Below, piece after piece: positions 38,201 to 51,577 of a DNA stretch of 64,000 bases (within the stretch, counting starts at the first letter, position 1; each line of letters starts with the position of its first letter). Source of the DNA: Isurus oxyrinchus (lineage: Eukaryota); the NCBI GenBank assembly GCA_026770705.1, contig JANJGN010000026.1:35402001-35466000 (forward strand). The letters are read 5' to 3'. The notes beneath the pieces are model-generated. The model ran no database searches, was not told the origin of the DNA, and saw only the letters and a list, made by a program, of their open reading frames with translations. Made by a program: the position numbers and the translations under genes.

Positions 38201-39488
38201 CCATCTGACTGTGAGCTGCCTCCTCTCATCCAGCTCTCGGGAGCAGTCACTTTCCTCTCGGATGGAGTTTAAAGGAAGGACCGCCCCATTTGACACAGGT
38301 GATCCTTGAGATTTCAATGCCACTAACAAGACCAGCAATGGATATTGCCCATCCCCATTTACCTGTGGGCAAGATGATGTTTGACCTTCTTGAACCTCTG
38401 CAACCCGTGTGAAGGTGCTCCCACAATGTTGTTAGAAAGGAACCTTTCACCCTGTGGTGATTAAGGAACAGTAATATATATCCAAACCAACAATAATTTA
38501 TATTTATACAGCATCTTTCATGTAACTGAATGTTCCAAAGCGTTTTGTAGAAATATTACAAAACAACATTTGACACCGAGCCACATAAGGAGATATTAGG
38601 GCAGGTGACCAAAACTTTGTGAAAGAGTAAGGCTAAGGAGTATCTTAAAGGAAGAAAGTGAATAGAGATGTGGGGAGGTTTAGGGAAGAAATTTCAGAGC
38701 TTGGGACCTCGGAAAATTAAAGAACGGCAACCAGTGGTGGAATGATTAATTGAGGATGGTTGAGAGATCAGGATTAGATCAGCAGAGAGATCCCGAAGGG
38801 TTGAGGGCTTGGAGGAGATCACAGAGAAAGGGGTGATTGCAGCCACAGTGGGATTTGAAAACAAGGATGAGAATTTTAAAATTTTGGTGCTTCTTAAACG
38901 TGAGCCTTTATAGGTCAGCGAGCACAGAGGTGATGAGTGAGCAAGACTTACTGCAAACAAACACATGGGTAGCAGAGTGTTACATCACCTCAAGTTTACT
39001 GGGGACGTGAATGTGGGAGGCTGGCCTGGGGTGCGTAGGGTAGTTAAGTCTAGAGATAATAAAGGAATGGATGAGAGTTTCAGAATTGGATGAGCTGAGA
39101 CTAGGACAGGGTTCGGTGATGTTACTGAGGTGGGAATCAGCGGTCTTGGTGATGATGCAGATATGTTTGAAGCATGACATCAAGTTTGAGAAGAATCTGG
39201 TTCAGCCTCAGACAATTGCCGGGGAGCAGGGAGGAGCGAATGGCTAAGGAGTGACGTTTGTAGGGGGGACTAAAGACAATGGTTTTAATTTTTCCAATAT
39301 TTAATTGGAGGACATTTCTGTTCATGCAGCACTGGATGCCAGACAAGTCAGGATGGTGTGTGCATTCACATACACCTGTTACCCTGTTCCTTCTAGCTGG
39401 TGTAGATTCAGGGCTCGGGACGTTCTGTCAAAGTTCTGGTCGAGTTGATATGAATTCCCTCTCTTTCACCCCTGCCACTCACACCTCG

Positions 39489-39528
<40 letters not shown>

Positions 39529-39874
39529 ATCTCTCTCTCCCACTTTTTCCCTCTGAACCTTACCCTCTCACGTAACTCTCTGTCGCTCCTTTTGCATATC
39601 TCCCTTATTTTCTCTCTCTATCTCCATCTTTATCTCCCCCTTTCTCCTCCTATAGAGGTCTTGTGTAGGCCCAGACTGACTCTGATGAACATTAGTGAAC
39701 CAGTTGAATTGTTTTATCAATCCAACAGCTTTGAATGTCTTTTTCCCTCGTGTCAGTCCCAGAAATTTCCAACATTTCTGTTCAATTTTACAACCTGCCT
39801 TTGTGTTTCTGTGGGTTCGCTCTCACTCCCTTTTTTCTGTTTTACATCATTTTCACAGCGTATTAAGAGGGGAA

Positions 39875-40290
39875 GATTTGCAGTCAGGAAACTCAAACCA
39901 ACATCACACTAGGATCTAACTGAGTCATCCAATTTATCGTAGCCTGAATATCATCAGAGTTTGAACATGGAAGGAAAAAAGCAACGTTCACAGTGGGGAG
40001 AAACCATACGTGTGTTCTGTGTGTGGACGAAGATTCAAGGGATCATCTGACCTGTCGAAATACAAGTGTAGTTACACTGACGAGAATCTGTGGAAATGTG
40101 GGGAATGGGAGGAAGAATTGAGCCACCCATCCTAGCTGGAAATTCACTAATGCAGTCACACTTGGGGGAAGTTATTAACCTGCTCCATTTGTGGGAAGGG
40201 ATTCACTCATACATCCATCGGCTGAGACACCAACAAATTCACACTGGGGAGAGGCCATTAACCTGCTCCGAGTGTGGGAAGGGAAAACAT
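39875..40290 (+). pseudogene. C2H2 zinc-finger gene remnant (3-4 degenerate fingers)
   Basis: HSGEKPYVCSVCGRRF..., [19 protein letters not shown]; stops and frameshifts. Confidence 0.8.
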
Positions 40291-41188
40291 CACAGCAAGT
40301 TAACTGTCTAAATGCAATGGGAGAGAAGGGAATTGACCACCAGAAACCCAAGGGTCCAATGCTTTCCCATCAAACATCAATAACATCATTCACAGATTCC
40401 ATTTCTTCCAAACATTGTGATCTATTTTCCTCAGGATGTGTTCCTGGATTTAATATTGACCTGCTTTGTAACCTCATTCTGAAATGAGATTCACTTCAAT
40501 CTCCAACACAAATTGAGTTACAAACCTGACAGACAAACAATGGAAAACAAGTCAGTCGGTAACACAAATCCCATGGTGCTCATTTTCAGATTCACAACAG
40601 TCAACTTTTAAATAAAAAGATGATATTTCAGTGAAAAGATTTTGAAAGTTGTTGTTTTTATTTGTGACTCCCTCACTCGGGTATTCTGTGAATGCTGCTC
40701 GGAGGTTTAGTGACCGGGATATAATCTACCAGTGTTTTCCTGAGTCTATGCTCGGTGTATAGGGAGGTTTAGCCCGTGTTGGAGTATCTTGCATCCCAGT
40801 GATGGGCAGTAACCTGCTGATTGAAGCTGCTGACGCCACTTTCTGCTGGCAGCGGGTGATCGGAGAGTGTGGGGCCGGAATATTGCTGCTTCCCCGCCCT
40901 TCCCTGTCCCACTCACTGTGGAGCTGAGGAAGACAGAATCACTGATGGGTTTGTTTGAATCTCAAAACTTCATATATTTCCAATGGGTTATATAGAGGTA
41001 CATGGCAGGTCTGATCATTTTCTCTTTACATCTTAAATATTTGTAAGAATGCAACTCTTCGTGTGGGATCACTGAATAACAAAAGCACAAGCCTCGATTG
41101 TAGATTATTTGCTTGAAGCCAATATCCACATTGACAACCTAGAGCTGTGGGGTGATGAATATGATGGGCTGACAAACAGTGAAATCTT

Positions 41189-41262
41189 CATCCCCGGGTG
41201 GTCTCGAACCACCAACCTTCCAGTTAACAGCCGAACAAGCTGACCAATTGTGCCACAGAAAA
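41189..41262 (-). pseudogene. tRNA-Asn(GTT)-like pseudogene
   Basis: Reverse complement TTTCTGTGGCACAATTGGTCAGCTTGTTCGGCTGTTAACTGGAAGGTTGGTGGTTCGAGACCACCCGGGGATG. Confidence 0.75.
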
Positions 41263-43032
41263 AGTCGCAAGATCGATCCTTAAAGGTTCAGATGCTGCTA
41301 TCAGAATGATCATTGTTCTCTCCGAGTTTTACTTTTCCAAAATAAAGGGTGAAACATTGATTTGGATACATGGAAACAGTCTGATCCCACCCACTGCAGC
41401 TACATTCATGTCACTAGGAGCCAGCTCTCCTACAGCCGGTGCCATCTCCCTTCGAGCTTTTTGGTGCCTTGTCTGTCACCAAGTACTCTGATTGTCCCGA
41501 AACCAATATTCAGATTAAATTGCTGATGTGCAGTATGGAGAATCCTTTCAATGTCTCAGATCAGTTAATTTCAATGATAGCATCAGAGTCATTGTTCTAG
41601 TGCCTTAAAGAAGGGAACGGTACCTTGAACGGTCAGTCGGACATTCTCCTCTGATCCCAGTTCCCAAAGAGTTTTGACAGATTCGCAAAGCTGGAGACTG
41701 GGTTTTCTGCTTTGGTTCCTTTTCCATCTTCCCAACTGCCAGCTGGCAATATTTTCTAAAATCTCATTGCAATTTTCCACCTTACATCATGTCCATAGAT
41801 GAGGAAATTCAGTTTTGTGGAGATATTATAGAGGCCGCGATTGTTCCTTTTCGAGCAAAGGAGGTTAAACAAAGATTTCATGGAGCTTTTGAAAGTTATA
41901 GAACAATATTGAAAGAGGTGCAGGAGTTTTGCAGTGCCCATGCGCACTGTGTGATCATTAATAAAGTTTCCTTGACCCAATGACATCAAGAGTTGGGCTT
42001 CAGGTTACGATATAGTTTTTGAACCATAAATGTATTTATGTTGCTGATTTCATACCGAACTTTCCAAAGAGATTGATTCAGATCAAGCATGTCCTCGTTT
42101 TTCTCAGTCGCGCTATACAATCTAATTCCTCTTGCTGTACACCCTGTGACAGAGACTGTTATAGAAAAGACGGAAAGATTTGCTACAGCGATGAAAAGCC
42201 CTGGTTAGATCACACCTGGAGGACTGTGGATAGTTCTGGGAACGGCATCTTATAAAGGATCAATATTTGCCTTGAAAGTTTCAGAGGAGCAGCATTGATT
42301 GTGTTGGTGGGTTTGGAAATTGAAAGTTGTCCATCCGCAGCTTGTGGCATTATTTCCCCTCAATGTTCACTTCATGTTCATGTTGAACACACTCGAGGCT
42401 GTTATTGGCTGAACAAGTCTTCTGTGTTATAACTAAACAGGCTGTCATCCGGCGCTCCTGCTCCTGCCGCCCGGGTTTGGCCTTCATCAGGGAATGTTGT
42501 TTTCTTGTTGCTGTGTGAACTGTCACAATGAACTGATCCTGGAGTCCCTTTCCCCCAGGATCTAGAAAACCCGTCACTTCTCTTCCTTCATTCTCATTCT
42601 TTCATTCCCAGCTTGAGTCGGTTCTCCTTTCGGGCTCTTTAACAAATCCATTTGGATAGACAAGTGGCAGCTGAAATTTAATGGAAGGAAATGTGAAATG
42701 ATTCATTTTGGTCGGAGAGGAGAGGAAACAGAAAATAATGTTACAATTTTAAAGGGGCTCCTGTGTTGCACAGTGAGTGGTTCGGATCAGGAATGTATCA
42801 ACTCGGCTCAGTTCCACGAGGGGATGGATGCATTTTTACCATCGCAAACTTCATTCACATTAGTTGTGTAGCTTCACATTAAAAAGGTTCAGGGAGAAAA
42901 AGCAGGCTGGGAAGATGCAAGAGGAGATTATTTCTTTCTGTATGTTTTTACACTGGAGGCCGTTCAGTTACTGAGCGTTACAAAGTGGACGGCGATTGAA
43001 ATTTCCAGTTAAGGCAATGCGAATTTTTAGAC

Positions 43033-43114
43033 GTGGCAGTGGCCGAGCGGTCTAAGGCACTGGATTTAAGTTTCAGTCTGTATGGAGGCGTGGGTTGAAA
43101 TCCCATCGCTGCCA
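43033..43114 (+). pseudogene. tRNA-Leu-like pseudogene
   Basis: GTGGCCGAGCGGTCTAAGGCACTGGATTTAAG...GGAGGCGTGGGTTGAAATCCCATCGCTGCCA with long variable arm. Confidence 0.75.
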
Positions 43115-44128
43115 GAGTTTCAGACTGTCTGTATTTTCAATCAATTTTGCCACATCCTTCAGTCATTGAGGTGGAGAGGGCTGCAGCACAGGAAAAGGCC
43201 CTTCGGCCCATCGAGTCTGCGCCGGTCAAACAAATACCGAACTATTCCAATCCAAATACTTCTTAAAAGTTATGGGGGTTTCTGCCTCTACCACTCTTTA
43301 AGGCAGTGAGTTCCAGATTCCCACCACCCTCTGGGTGCGAAAATTCTTCCTCGCATCCCCTCTAAACTTCCTAACCTTTACCCTAAAATCTGTCCACCAA
43401 GGGGAAAAGTTCGTTCCTCTGTGCCCTATCATGCCCCTCATAATTTTATGCACCTCAATCATGTCCCCCTGTGTGCACTCGGTGCTCAGTGCTCCATACT
43501 GGCGCGAAGTTCGAGAAGAGGAAGCAGAAATTGCAGGACAGCCAGGAATAGATGGGGCTGCATTTCTTCATTCCCTTCTGTAACCACTCTGTCATTTTAT
43601 GTACTGAACATTAAAAGGTACATGGCGACGATATACGGAACTGACTTGCTTATAAAATGGGTTTGAAACCCTTTAGAGTTTCCTGATACAGTTGAAAATC
43701 CGACAATTTGAACCTGCAATCTACATTTAGTAGTTTACATTTCTCACTGTTCCTGTTTTAAGAATGAGTTACAGAATTAATTATCTATTAAATGGACTAA
43801 AAAAACTTTCAAACGCTTCCCTGTATTTTTCATTTCCGTTCATCTGTTGGCATTCACCAAATTTGCAGTTGGAAATGGAACAAAAACGGAGCCAATTTGG
43901 TGACATCCTTGCTTTCTGGATGTTTGTCTCTCCTTAGGCTGCTGCCACCTATCGGTGTCAATGTCTGTGTGTGTTCCTCTCCGTGTGTCAATGTGATTCA
44001 GTTCCCTGAGGGGGATGAATGCATTTTTACCATCATAAACTTTACTCACTTTCATTGTGCATCTTCATGGTAAATGGCACAGAGAATAACAGTAGGTTTA
44101 AAAGCTGGAAGAGGACTTTAACCTTTCT

Positions 44129-44207
44129 GGCGCGGTTGGCGTAACCTGTGGTTAAAATAGTGGACTTATCAAGCTAGATGCCGTGAGTTCGATCCCTGCT
44201 GGTGCCT
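44129..44207 (+). pseudogene. Degenerate tRNA (Thr-like) pseudogene
   Basis: GGCGCGGT...TGGTTAAA...GAGTTCGATCCCTGCTGGTGCCT; A/B-box remnants. Confidence 0.45.
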
Positions 44208-44399
44208 GTGGATAAACTTTAGCAGATGGAAGCGGTGGAAATGTAAACTGTGGGGAGGAGTATCTCGGCTGTGAAGAGATTTAGGCACGTCAGGTGAACA
44301 AGGATAGAACATGGGAGAATACTTTCCAGATGTGCAAAGCTATTACGAACGTCTGACAGAAATTGAAAAAGTGCTGAACCATTTAGGCACCACAAGGAA

Positions 44400-45030
44400 A
44401 ACTAATAGAACGTGATCATTTGCTGTGAGGGGGAATTGAAGTAAGAAGGTTATACTTCAGTTGTACAGGACAGTGATATCAGGAGTACAGTGTACAGTAT
44501 TGGCCTCCTTATTTAAGGAAAATGTAAATGTGTTAGAAGCAATTCAGAGAAGGCTTACTGAACTAATACCAAGAATGGGCGGCTTGTCTTGTGAGGAAAG
44601 GTGGCAGGTTAGGCCTGCATCCACTGGAGTTTAGAAGGCTAAGAGGCGACTTGATCAAAATCTTTCAGATCCCGAGGGGTCTTGACAGGGTGGATGCGGA
44701 GAGGATCTTGCGTCTTGTGGGAGAATTTAGAACTAGGGGTCACTGTTTAAAAATAAGGGGTCGCTCATTTAAGACAGAGATGAGAGAAGTGTTTTTTCTC
44801 AGAGGGTCGTGAGTACTTGTAACTCTTTCTTTCAAAAGGCAGTGGAAGCAGAGTATTTGAATATTTTTAAGGCAGAGCTAGATTGATTCTTTATCAACAA
44901 GATGGTGAAAGGTTATCGGGGTAAGCAGCAGGTTTCAATCAGATCAGCTGTGATCTTATTGAATGGCGGAGAAGGCTTGAAGGGCCGAGTGTCCTACTCC
45001 TGCTCCGAGTTCATATGTTCACATGTTCTT
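44400..45030 (+). mobile_element. CR1 LINE 3' end
   Basis: RLGLHPLEFRRLRGDLIKIF...RTRGHCLKIRGRSFKTEMR. Confidence 0.85.
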
Positions 45031-45427
45031 TGAGTCCAGACTTCTTCCTGGCTCAGTGCGCAAAGGCCAAAAAGTCAATGATGATTGAAATTTTCACTGA
45101 GCAACATGTAAACTGACAGTGGATTCACTCGATGCGATGATGTGTTCCAGTTCAAAATGTGCAATCATAGAATCAATTCATATTTGTTGTTTTGAACCCA
45201 ATATTTCTAATGGGCTGGATGTAATGCACATGTTTGATCTAATTTATACCATTTACAAAAATAAATATTCGAAAACTATTTGTGTGGGAAGTTACTGGAT
45301 AACAGCAGGTCTGGAAATGGAGCAGAGAGAGAGGATCCCTGGGGTGATGTTCAGTGAGTTTGGAAGAAAGGTATGAGAGGGAATGGGGCAGGGAGAAAGG
45401 ATCCCTGGGGCGATGTTCCATGAATTC

Positions 45428-45670
45428 AAAACAAAAACAGAATTACCTGGAAAAACTCAGGAGGTCTGGCAGCATCGGCAGAGAAGAAAAGAGTTGACAT
45501 TTCGAGTCCTCATGAACCTTCAACAGACCTAATCATAGTTCTGTTGAAGGGTCATGAGGACTCGAAACGTCAACTCTTTTCTTCTCCGCCGATGCTGCCA
45601 GACCTGCTGAGTTTTTCCAGGTAATTCTGTTTTTGTTTTGGATTTCCAGCATCCGCAGTTTTTTGGTTTT
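45428..45670. mobile_element. Palindromic repeat (~100-bp inverted arms), probably Penelope-derived
   Basis: 45428-45526 is the near-perfect reverse complement of ~45541-45639; half copies at ~32440-32535, ~32630-32750 and ~46660-46760. Confidence 0.7.
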
Positions 45671-47355
45671 TATTTCCGTGAATTTAGTTGTTTATTGCGC
45701 CTGGCAGGCCGCAGGGCCTGGGAATTTCCACGATTTGTGCTCCCTGGTGTTCCTAATAAGCCCCAAACTGTCGTAATAATTTGCAGGATTACTGCTCGAT
45801 AACGTGTCTGTGTCAGATCGGCCCTAGTCTCTAGGAATCTTCCCATGGTTTGGGTCAACGGTTCAGTCTGCGGTATTTGTGTATTTTTTGTTATTCATTT
45901 ATGTGATGTGGGTGTGGCTGTCTGGGCCAGCATTTATTGCCCATCCCTAATTGCCTTGAGAAGGTGGATTGTGACGGCTCTGCCTTGTGAGTGTTTAATT
46001 GGACAAGGTACAGAGAGTCCAGGCGAATGCTCTGGGCGCATGGATTCAAATCCCAACGTGACAGCTGCTGGAATGTGAATTCAATTATTAAAACCTGAGA
46101 TTGAAAACTAGCCTCAGTAATGGTGACCGTGACAACTATCACCGATTGTCATAAAAATCCATCTGCTGCACTAATGTCCTTTAGTGAAGGAAATCTGCTA
46201 CCCCTACCCGGCCTGGCCGACATGTGATTCCAGGTCGACAGCAATGTGACTGACACTTAACTGCCCTCTTAAATGGCCTCGGAAGCTGGGCTGTTCTGGG
46301 CGGTCTTGCCAGCGACACCCATACCTCATGAAAGGGTAAAGAGATGAAACAAAACCTTTTACCCCCTATCTAACCCCCTGCTGCACCGACGCTGGGAGTG
46401 TTTGATGGGACAGTGTAAAGGAAACTTTCGTCCTCCATATACTGCCCTGTATGGGCCTCTGATGAAGCAGATCACTGCTGTTTACAATTACTTGACTTGT
46501 GACTGTGACAGACCTGAGTATGAGTGAAATCGCCGAGGCTCCCCTCGCTGTGCAATCATCCTGGCTCTGGGGTTTGCCATAAAAAGGCAGAGGTAAAGGC
46601 ATGTTAACGCTGATGTGTCGCTGGATGGCGCAGTGACTCTTTCACTGAAGGACATTGGGCTCTGCAGAAGAGTCATGAGGACTCGAAACGTTAACTCTTT
46701 TTTTCCTCCACAGATGCTGTTGGGCCTGCTGAGGTTTTTCAGCATCTTCTGTTTTTGATTCTCATCCCAAAAAGGAAAGATTAAAAACACCTGCCTGGGA
46801 GAGGGGAGGAATCAGTGTAATAGGGGTATAAATGGAACGATGTCGATGGGCCTAGGGGAAAGAAGCTCAGCAAAGTCAGTTCGTTTCACAATCATGATTT
46901 ATTGACAATTTCGGAGAACATTTTCCAGAAAAGTTTATTTTAAAGTCAACTGGACTGAATATGATGACTGAGAGTCACACTGAGAACAGAACACATTCGC
47001 TCTGAGTTGCCAACTGTATGTACAGCTGTAACAGAGACCAGAAAGAGAAAACAGGAGCTCAACATAAAGGGAAGGGAATAATTGTGAATGAGGAATGAGA
47101 AAATCTACTTATTTACACATGGAATTCAAACTACTGGGGAATTATAAGCTACAATTACAACACAGCCATAATTATCTCGCACATTTCAAACAGAGAAACG
47201 GAAATACCGTCCATGACTGTCTTAGCTAAAAATACTGAAACATGAACTGAAGGTGTTTCATTTTTAGATTCACTGAGAGGACATATTTTAAATTCATAAT
47301 ACAGAGATCTCAATAAAGAGCTGAGGAAAATCTACGGTGTCCAAAATTCAACCGG

Positions 47356-47364
47356 TCACTTGAT
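47356..47364 (-). CDS. IGHM: IgM TM2 exon (IK-stop)
   Basis: TTGCAG|ATC AAG TGA; AATAAA at 46903-46898. Confidence 0.85.
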   Translation of the reverse strand: MK

Positions 47365-47502
47365 CTGCAAAAGAGGATAAAATAATGAAGCAGATGTTTA
47401 GAATGTGGGACATTTATGTTAGTGTCTTAATCAATGAAACATTGACAGATTTTTCAAACCGCTTCTGTCAGTTTGAAGTGTGAGTGGATTGAATCTTCTC
47501 AC

Positions 47503-47630
47503 CTTCGCCAGAGTGACGGCAGTGCTGTAGAAAATGCTCAGGAAGAACAGGATGATGAATGTGGAAGCGGTTGTCCAGATGTTGCCGTTATCATCCTCAG
47601 AGTCTTCAATCCAGGTGTGGTCTGTGGAAT
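47503..47630 (-). CDS. IGHM: IgM TM1 exon
   Basis: DSTDHTWIEDSEDDNGNIWTTASTFIILFFLSIFYSTAVTLAK|GTGAGA with the conserved antigen-receptor TM motif. Confidence 0.95.
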
Positions 47631-48199
47631 CTACGGGGATATAACCGAGCGGATAGAATTAGATTGTTTATTAATCTAGGATATCTTTTAAAAAATATTC
47701 TCTTTACTCTTTCCTAAGTTATTAATGTATTCTCTAATTTAATGTTCAATGTATATCTACTTTTAAGCTCGTGAATTTCAGCAACCTATCTCTGTAACTA
47801 TCTCCACAGCTGTTCTTCCTTTACAATCCTCATACAGTCAGAGTCGCAAAATATGGAAAATTATCTCCAGTATCAGTTCTTTTTCGACCAATTTTGTACG
47901 ATCTATTATTGGAGAATGTTATGATGGATAGCGAGAGAGATTCACTGAGCAACTTATTTGGAAACTGTGGACGTTGCTTTTTAAAATCTCGGCCGTGATT
48001 TCCCATCTTGTTTCTTTATTTGTTTTGGAAATGTTTGGTGCGTCATTAACTTAAATCAGTTTCTCAGTAAGAACATTGTTTCAGTGTGCTTTTTGCATCA
48101 TTATGTAATAGGGACAACTTCCGGAGGATAAGTCGGTTAAAAAAGTACATTTGAGTTATACTTTGTTCAATAGCCTGGCGTTTGTGTCATGCTTTAGCT

Positions 48200-49156
48200 T
48201 TTGTGTGTGTGTGCATGAGTATATCGTGCCTTGCATCACTCTTTGTTTCTGTGTCCATATGTGTGTATGAGTATTGAGGTGTGTTCATTTGCCAATGAAT
48301 GCTGACTTGTGCATTTTTGTGTTTGCGTCTGCATGTATATTTTGTTTTTTGTCAATATGTATATATGAGTGTGTTATTGTGTGTGTTTATGCATTGATAT
48401 CTAGGTTTATTTATTACTATCTGTGTCAATACGTGTTTATGCGTTCTTGTCTGCTAATATGAGAGTTAATGTTTCTTTTTGTGTTCCACGTATGTGTCAG
48501 CATATTAATGTCTGTGTCACAGCGTGTGTGGGTGTGAGTGTGTGTGTGTGCGTGTGAACGTGTGTGTGAGAGAGAGTTTTTATGTGTGCATTTGTGTGTT
48601 GATGGATATTTAGAACTATGTATCAATGTGTGTTTATGTTTTCATAGGTATTAACGTGTGTTTTTTGTGTTCTCCTGTGTATAAGCATGTTTCTTGTTTG
48701 TGTCTACATCTGTGCCTGTGAATGTGTTAGTCTCTTCCTCCATCTGTTTGTCTGTCTGGTTGTCGTCTGCTCATGTGTGTGCATGTGTCCATGTGTATCG
48801 ATGAACTTGTCTCAATCTGAATGATAGTGTGTGTCTTTTTGTCTATATTTCTGTCATTATGAATGTGTGATTATGCATATTTGTGTCCTTATATGAGTCT
48901 GCTTGTCTGGTTTTATCTGTTTGTGTGTGCGTGATTGTGTATGTGTGTGTGTGTGTGTGTGTATGTGTGCGTGCGCGTGTGTGTATTTGTGTGTGTGTGT
49001 GCAATTGTGTATGTGTGTTCCTGTGCCTGCATTTGTGTGTGTATTTGTGTTTGTGTGTGATTGTGTGCATGTGTGATTGTGTGTGTGTGTTTGTCTGTTT
49101 GCCTGTGTTTGTGTGTATGTCTGTGCCTGTGTGTGTGTGTGTGTGCCTATGTATGT

Positions 49157-49195
<39 letters not shown>

Positions 49196-49270
49196 CTGTC
49201 TGTACTGTGTGTGTTTGTGTCTGCGTGTCTATGCCTATGTGTGTATGTATGTTTGTGTGCGTTCATTTGT
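48200..49270 (+). repeat. (GT)n-rich low-complexity tract in the CH4-TM1 intron
   Basis: Direct inspection. Confidence 0.9.
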
Positions 49271-49879
49271 ATCCCTTGTGTGCATTTTTACTATTTTTCC
49301 GAGGTTCATCGGGTCCCAACGATCGAGTCTGTCCCTGATAGTGAAAATTATATTTTCAATGTTCTGTATAAACGTGTTTTCTGTGAGATGCAAGGTGATA
49401 TCAGGTGAACGAATGCAAACAATCAACCATCTGCCTCATAAAATTCAGGGGCAGAACCGTAAACAACCCAGGGAGGATTTAATAACCAGTTTAGATTCAG
49501 ATGATGGAAAATCAATCTTAGCATAAGGTTAACAGGAACAAGAGTGTTAAAACTTCTTAAAATTATGTTGCATAAATATATATTTTACAACATTTCAAGC
49601 ATGATGGGACTTTAAAACCTGTGACCAGTAAGCTAGAAGCTGATTTCTGCTGTTGGTAACTGAGTCCTTACAGTAGAGACCTGTTCCTTTCCAGATTCTC
49701 TGCTCGGGGACTGAGAGTCCAGTGAGTTAATAGTTTTGCTCCGTCTGGTTGGCTAAGCAATTTCCTTTTCGGTTCTCTGTGCTGAGAAGGTGGAGACACA
49801 CTGGGTTTACCTATGATCTTCCTTGTCTTTTTGTTTAGCGAGTGGAGGTAAAATTGGCTAAAAACTTTCCTTTCACTTT

Positions 49880-50040
49880 TCTCTGTTGGGAAAGTGGGGT
49901 ACAGTGGGTTAACAATTTCTCCTCCCCCTCTCTCTGTTGGGGAAGTGGGTGTACAGTGGGTTAACAATTTCCCTTCTCCCTCTCTCTGTTGGGGAAGTGG
50001 GGGGTATAGTGGGTTAACAATTTTCCTTCCCCCTCTCTCT
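49880..50040 (+). repeat. Three ~45-50 bp tandem repeats
   Basis: CTCTGTTGGG(G)AAGTGGG...AGTGGGTTAACAATTT three times. Confidence 0.85.
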
Positions 50041-50478
50041 GATGGAGGATTATTGGGACTTGTTTCTGTGTGACCCTCACTTCAATTCCCAGTGGGTGTG
50101 ATGCAGCAGCTTAAAGCTGGCATCCACTTTAAAGGAATGGACAATAAGAGAAGCAGGAACACCGAGATCTCAACGTGCTGAGTTTGTTTGTGAGAAATGG
50201 GAATGGTCAGATTTCTCCTCAGTGGGAGGTGATGTTACTTTGCAGAGCCCCGTAATGAATGAACTTTACTCTGTCTCTAACCCAGGGTGCATCTGAGCTG
50301 GGAGCATGGATGTACAAGTCTTGGTTCTGAGCCCTGGAAATATCCGATTTTAACTGAATAGGTCTAACATTAGCAAAAGTGGAAAACAACATTAATTAAG
50401 GAACCTTGCATTTAAATCACGATTGGAGAAAAGGACTTTATTTTTTTTATTGAAGTTTGAAATGTAACCAAGAGACTC

Positions 50479-50870
50479 TCATTGACATGAATTAACGGTG
50501 TCCATCAGTGCAAGAGAAATATTCACAAAACTCGGTTTACCGCTGGATTTATCAACCGTTCTGTTGATGATCTTCAAGGGAATCGCTTCATGTCCCACCA
50601 CACAGGAGTAAGAAGCGCCGCTGGCCCACTCCTCCGCTGCAATGGATAACAGGCTGTACATGAAGAAGGAGCGATTGCCGTTCTCCGCCACCACCTCGGT
50701 GTTCTTGTAGTTTCCGGGATTCACCGGCTTGTCATTGACGGTCCACTTGACGAAGATCTCTCGGGGGGAGAAACCTCTCACTAAGCAGCTGAGGGAGACG
50801 AACCTCTGAGCGGAGACATCTTCTGCCGAGGGCAGGAGGACAGACACGGATGGTTCCTGCGGATTTTTGT
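50479..50870 (-). CDS. IGHM: IgM CH4 plus secretory tail
   Basis: [43 protein letters not shown]...[43 protein letters not shown]; internal G|GTAAA donor at 50541 for TM splicing; tail has an NIS sequon and penultimate Cys; AATAAA at ~50437-50451. Confidence 0.97.
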
Positions 50871-51577
50871 CTGCAGAAAATGTACAATAAATGTCAATAA
50901 ACTGGATAATTTCGGAGACAATGAAACCACTGGTTACGGTGAGGGAAGTGTTTTTGAGTTGAATAGTAAAGGTTTACATTATCCACTTCTAGGAAATATA
51001 TCGCCATTCCTTTACTGTCGCTGAGGCAAAATCCTGGAACTCCCTCCCTGACAACACTGTGCATGTACCTACACCACAGGGATTGCAGCGATTCAAGAAG
51101 TCAGCACACCACCACCTTCTCAAAGGCAATTAGGGATGGACAATAAACTCTGGCCCAGCCAGCGACGCACACATCCCATTAATTAATGAATAAAAATCTT
51201 TGGGATCTGATCGGTTTTCCAGCTCGGAGCAGAGGTGGATACAATTCTTTTCCCTGAGAACTTATGGGGTTGGACTAGAAAGTTTCTCAAAGTTTACAGC
51301 ACAGAACAGGCCATTCGGCCCAACTGGTCTGTGTTGGTGTTTAAGCTCCACACCAGGCTCCTCCCATCTTTCTTCATCGAAATCCAAAAGCACAGCCTTC
51401 AATTCATTGCTCATTCATCTACTTATCAATTTCCTCCTTGAAGTCTGCAGGCCCAGAGCGTTTAGCTAGTGGAATTGCCAATCCGGGTAGACCATGAACA
51501 CACTGAATAGTAAATATTGACCCTTACACTGGAAATAGACACAATGACTCACTTATTGTTTCAATCTCACCGCTCAC

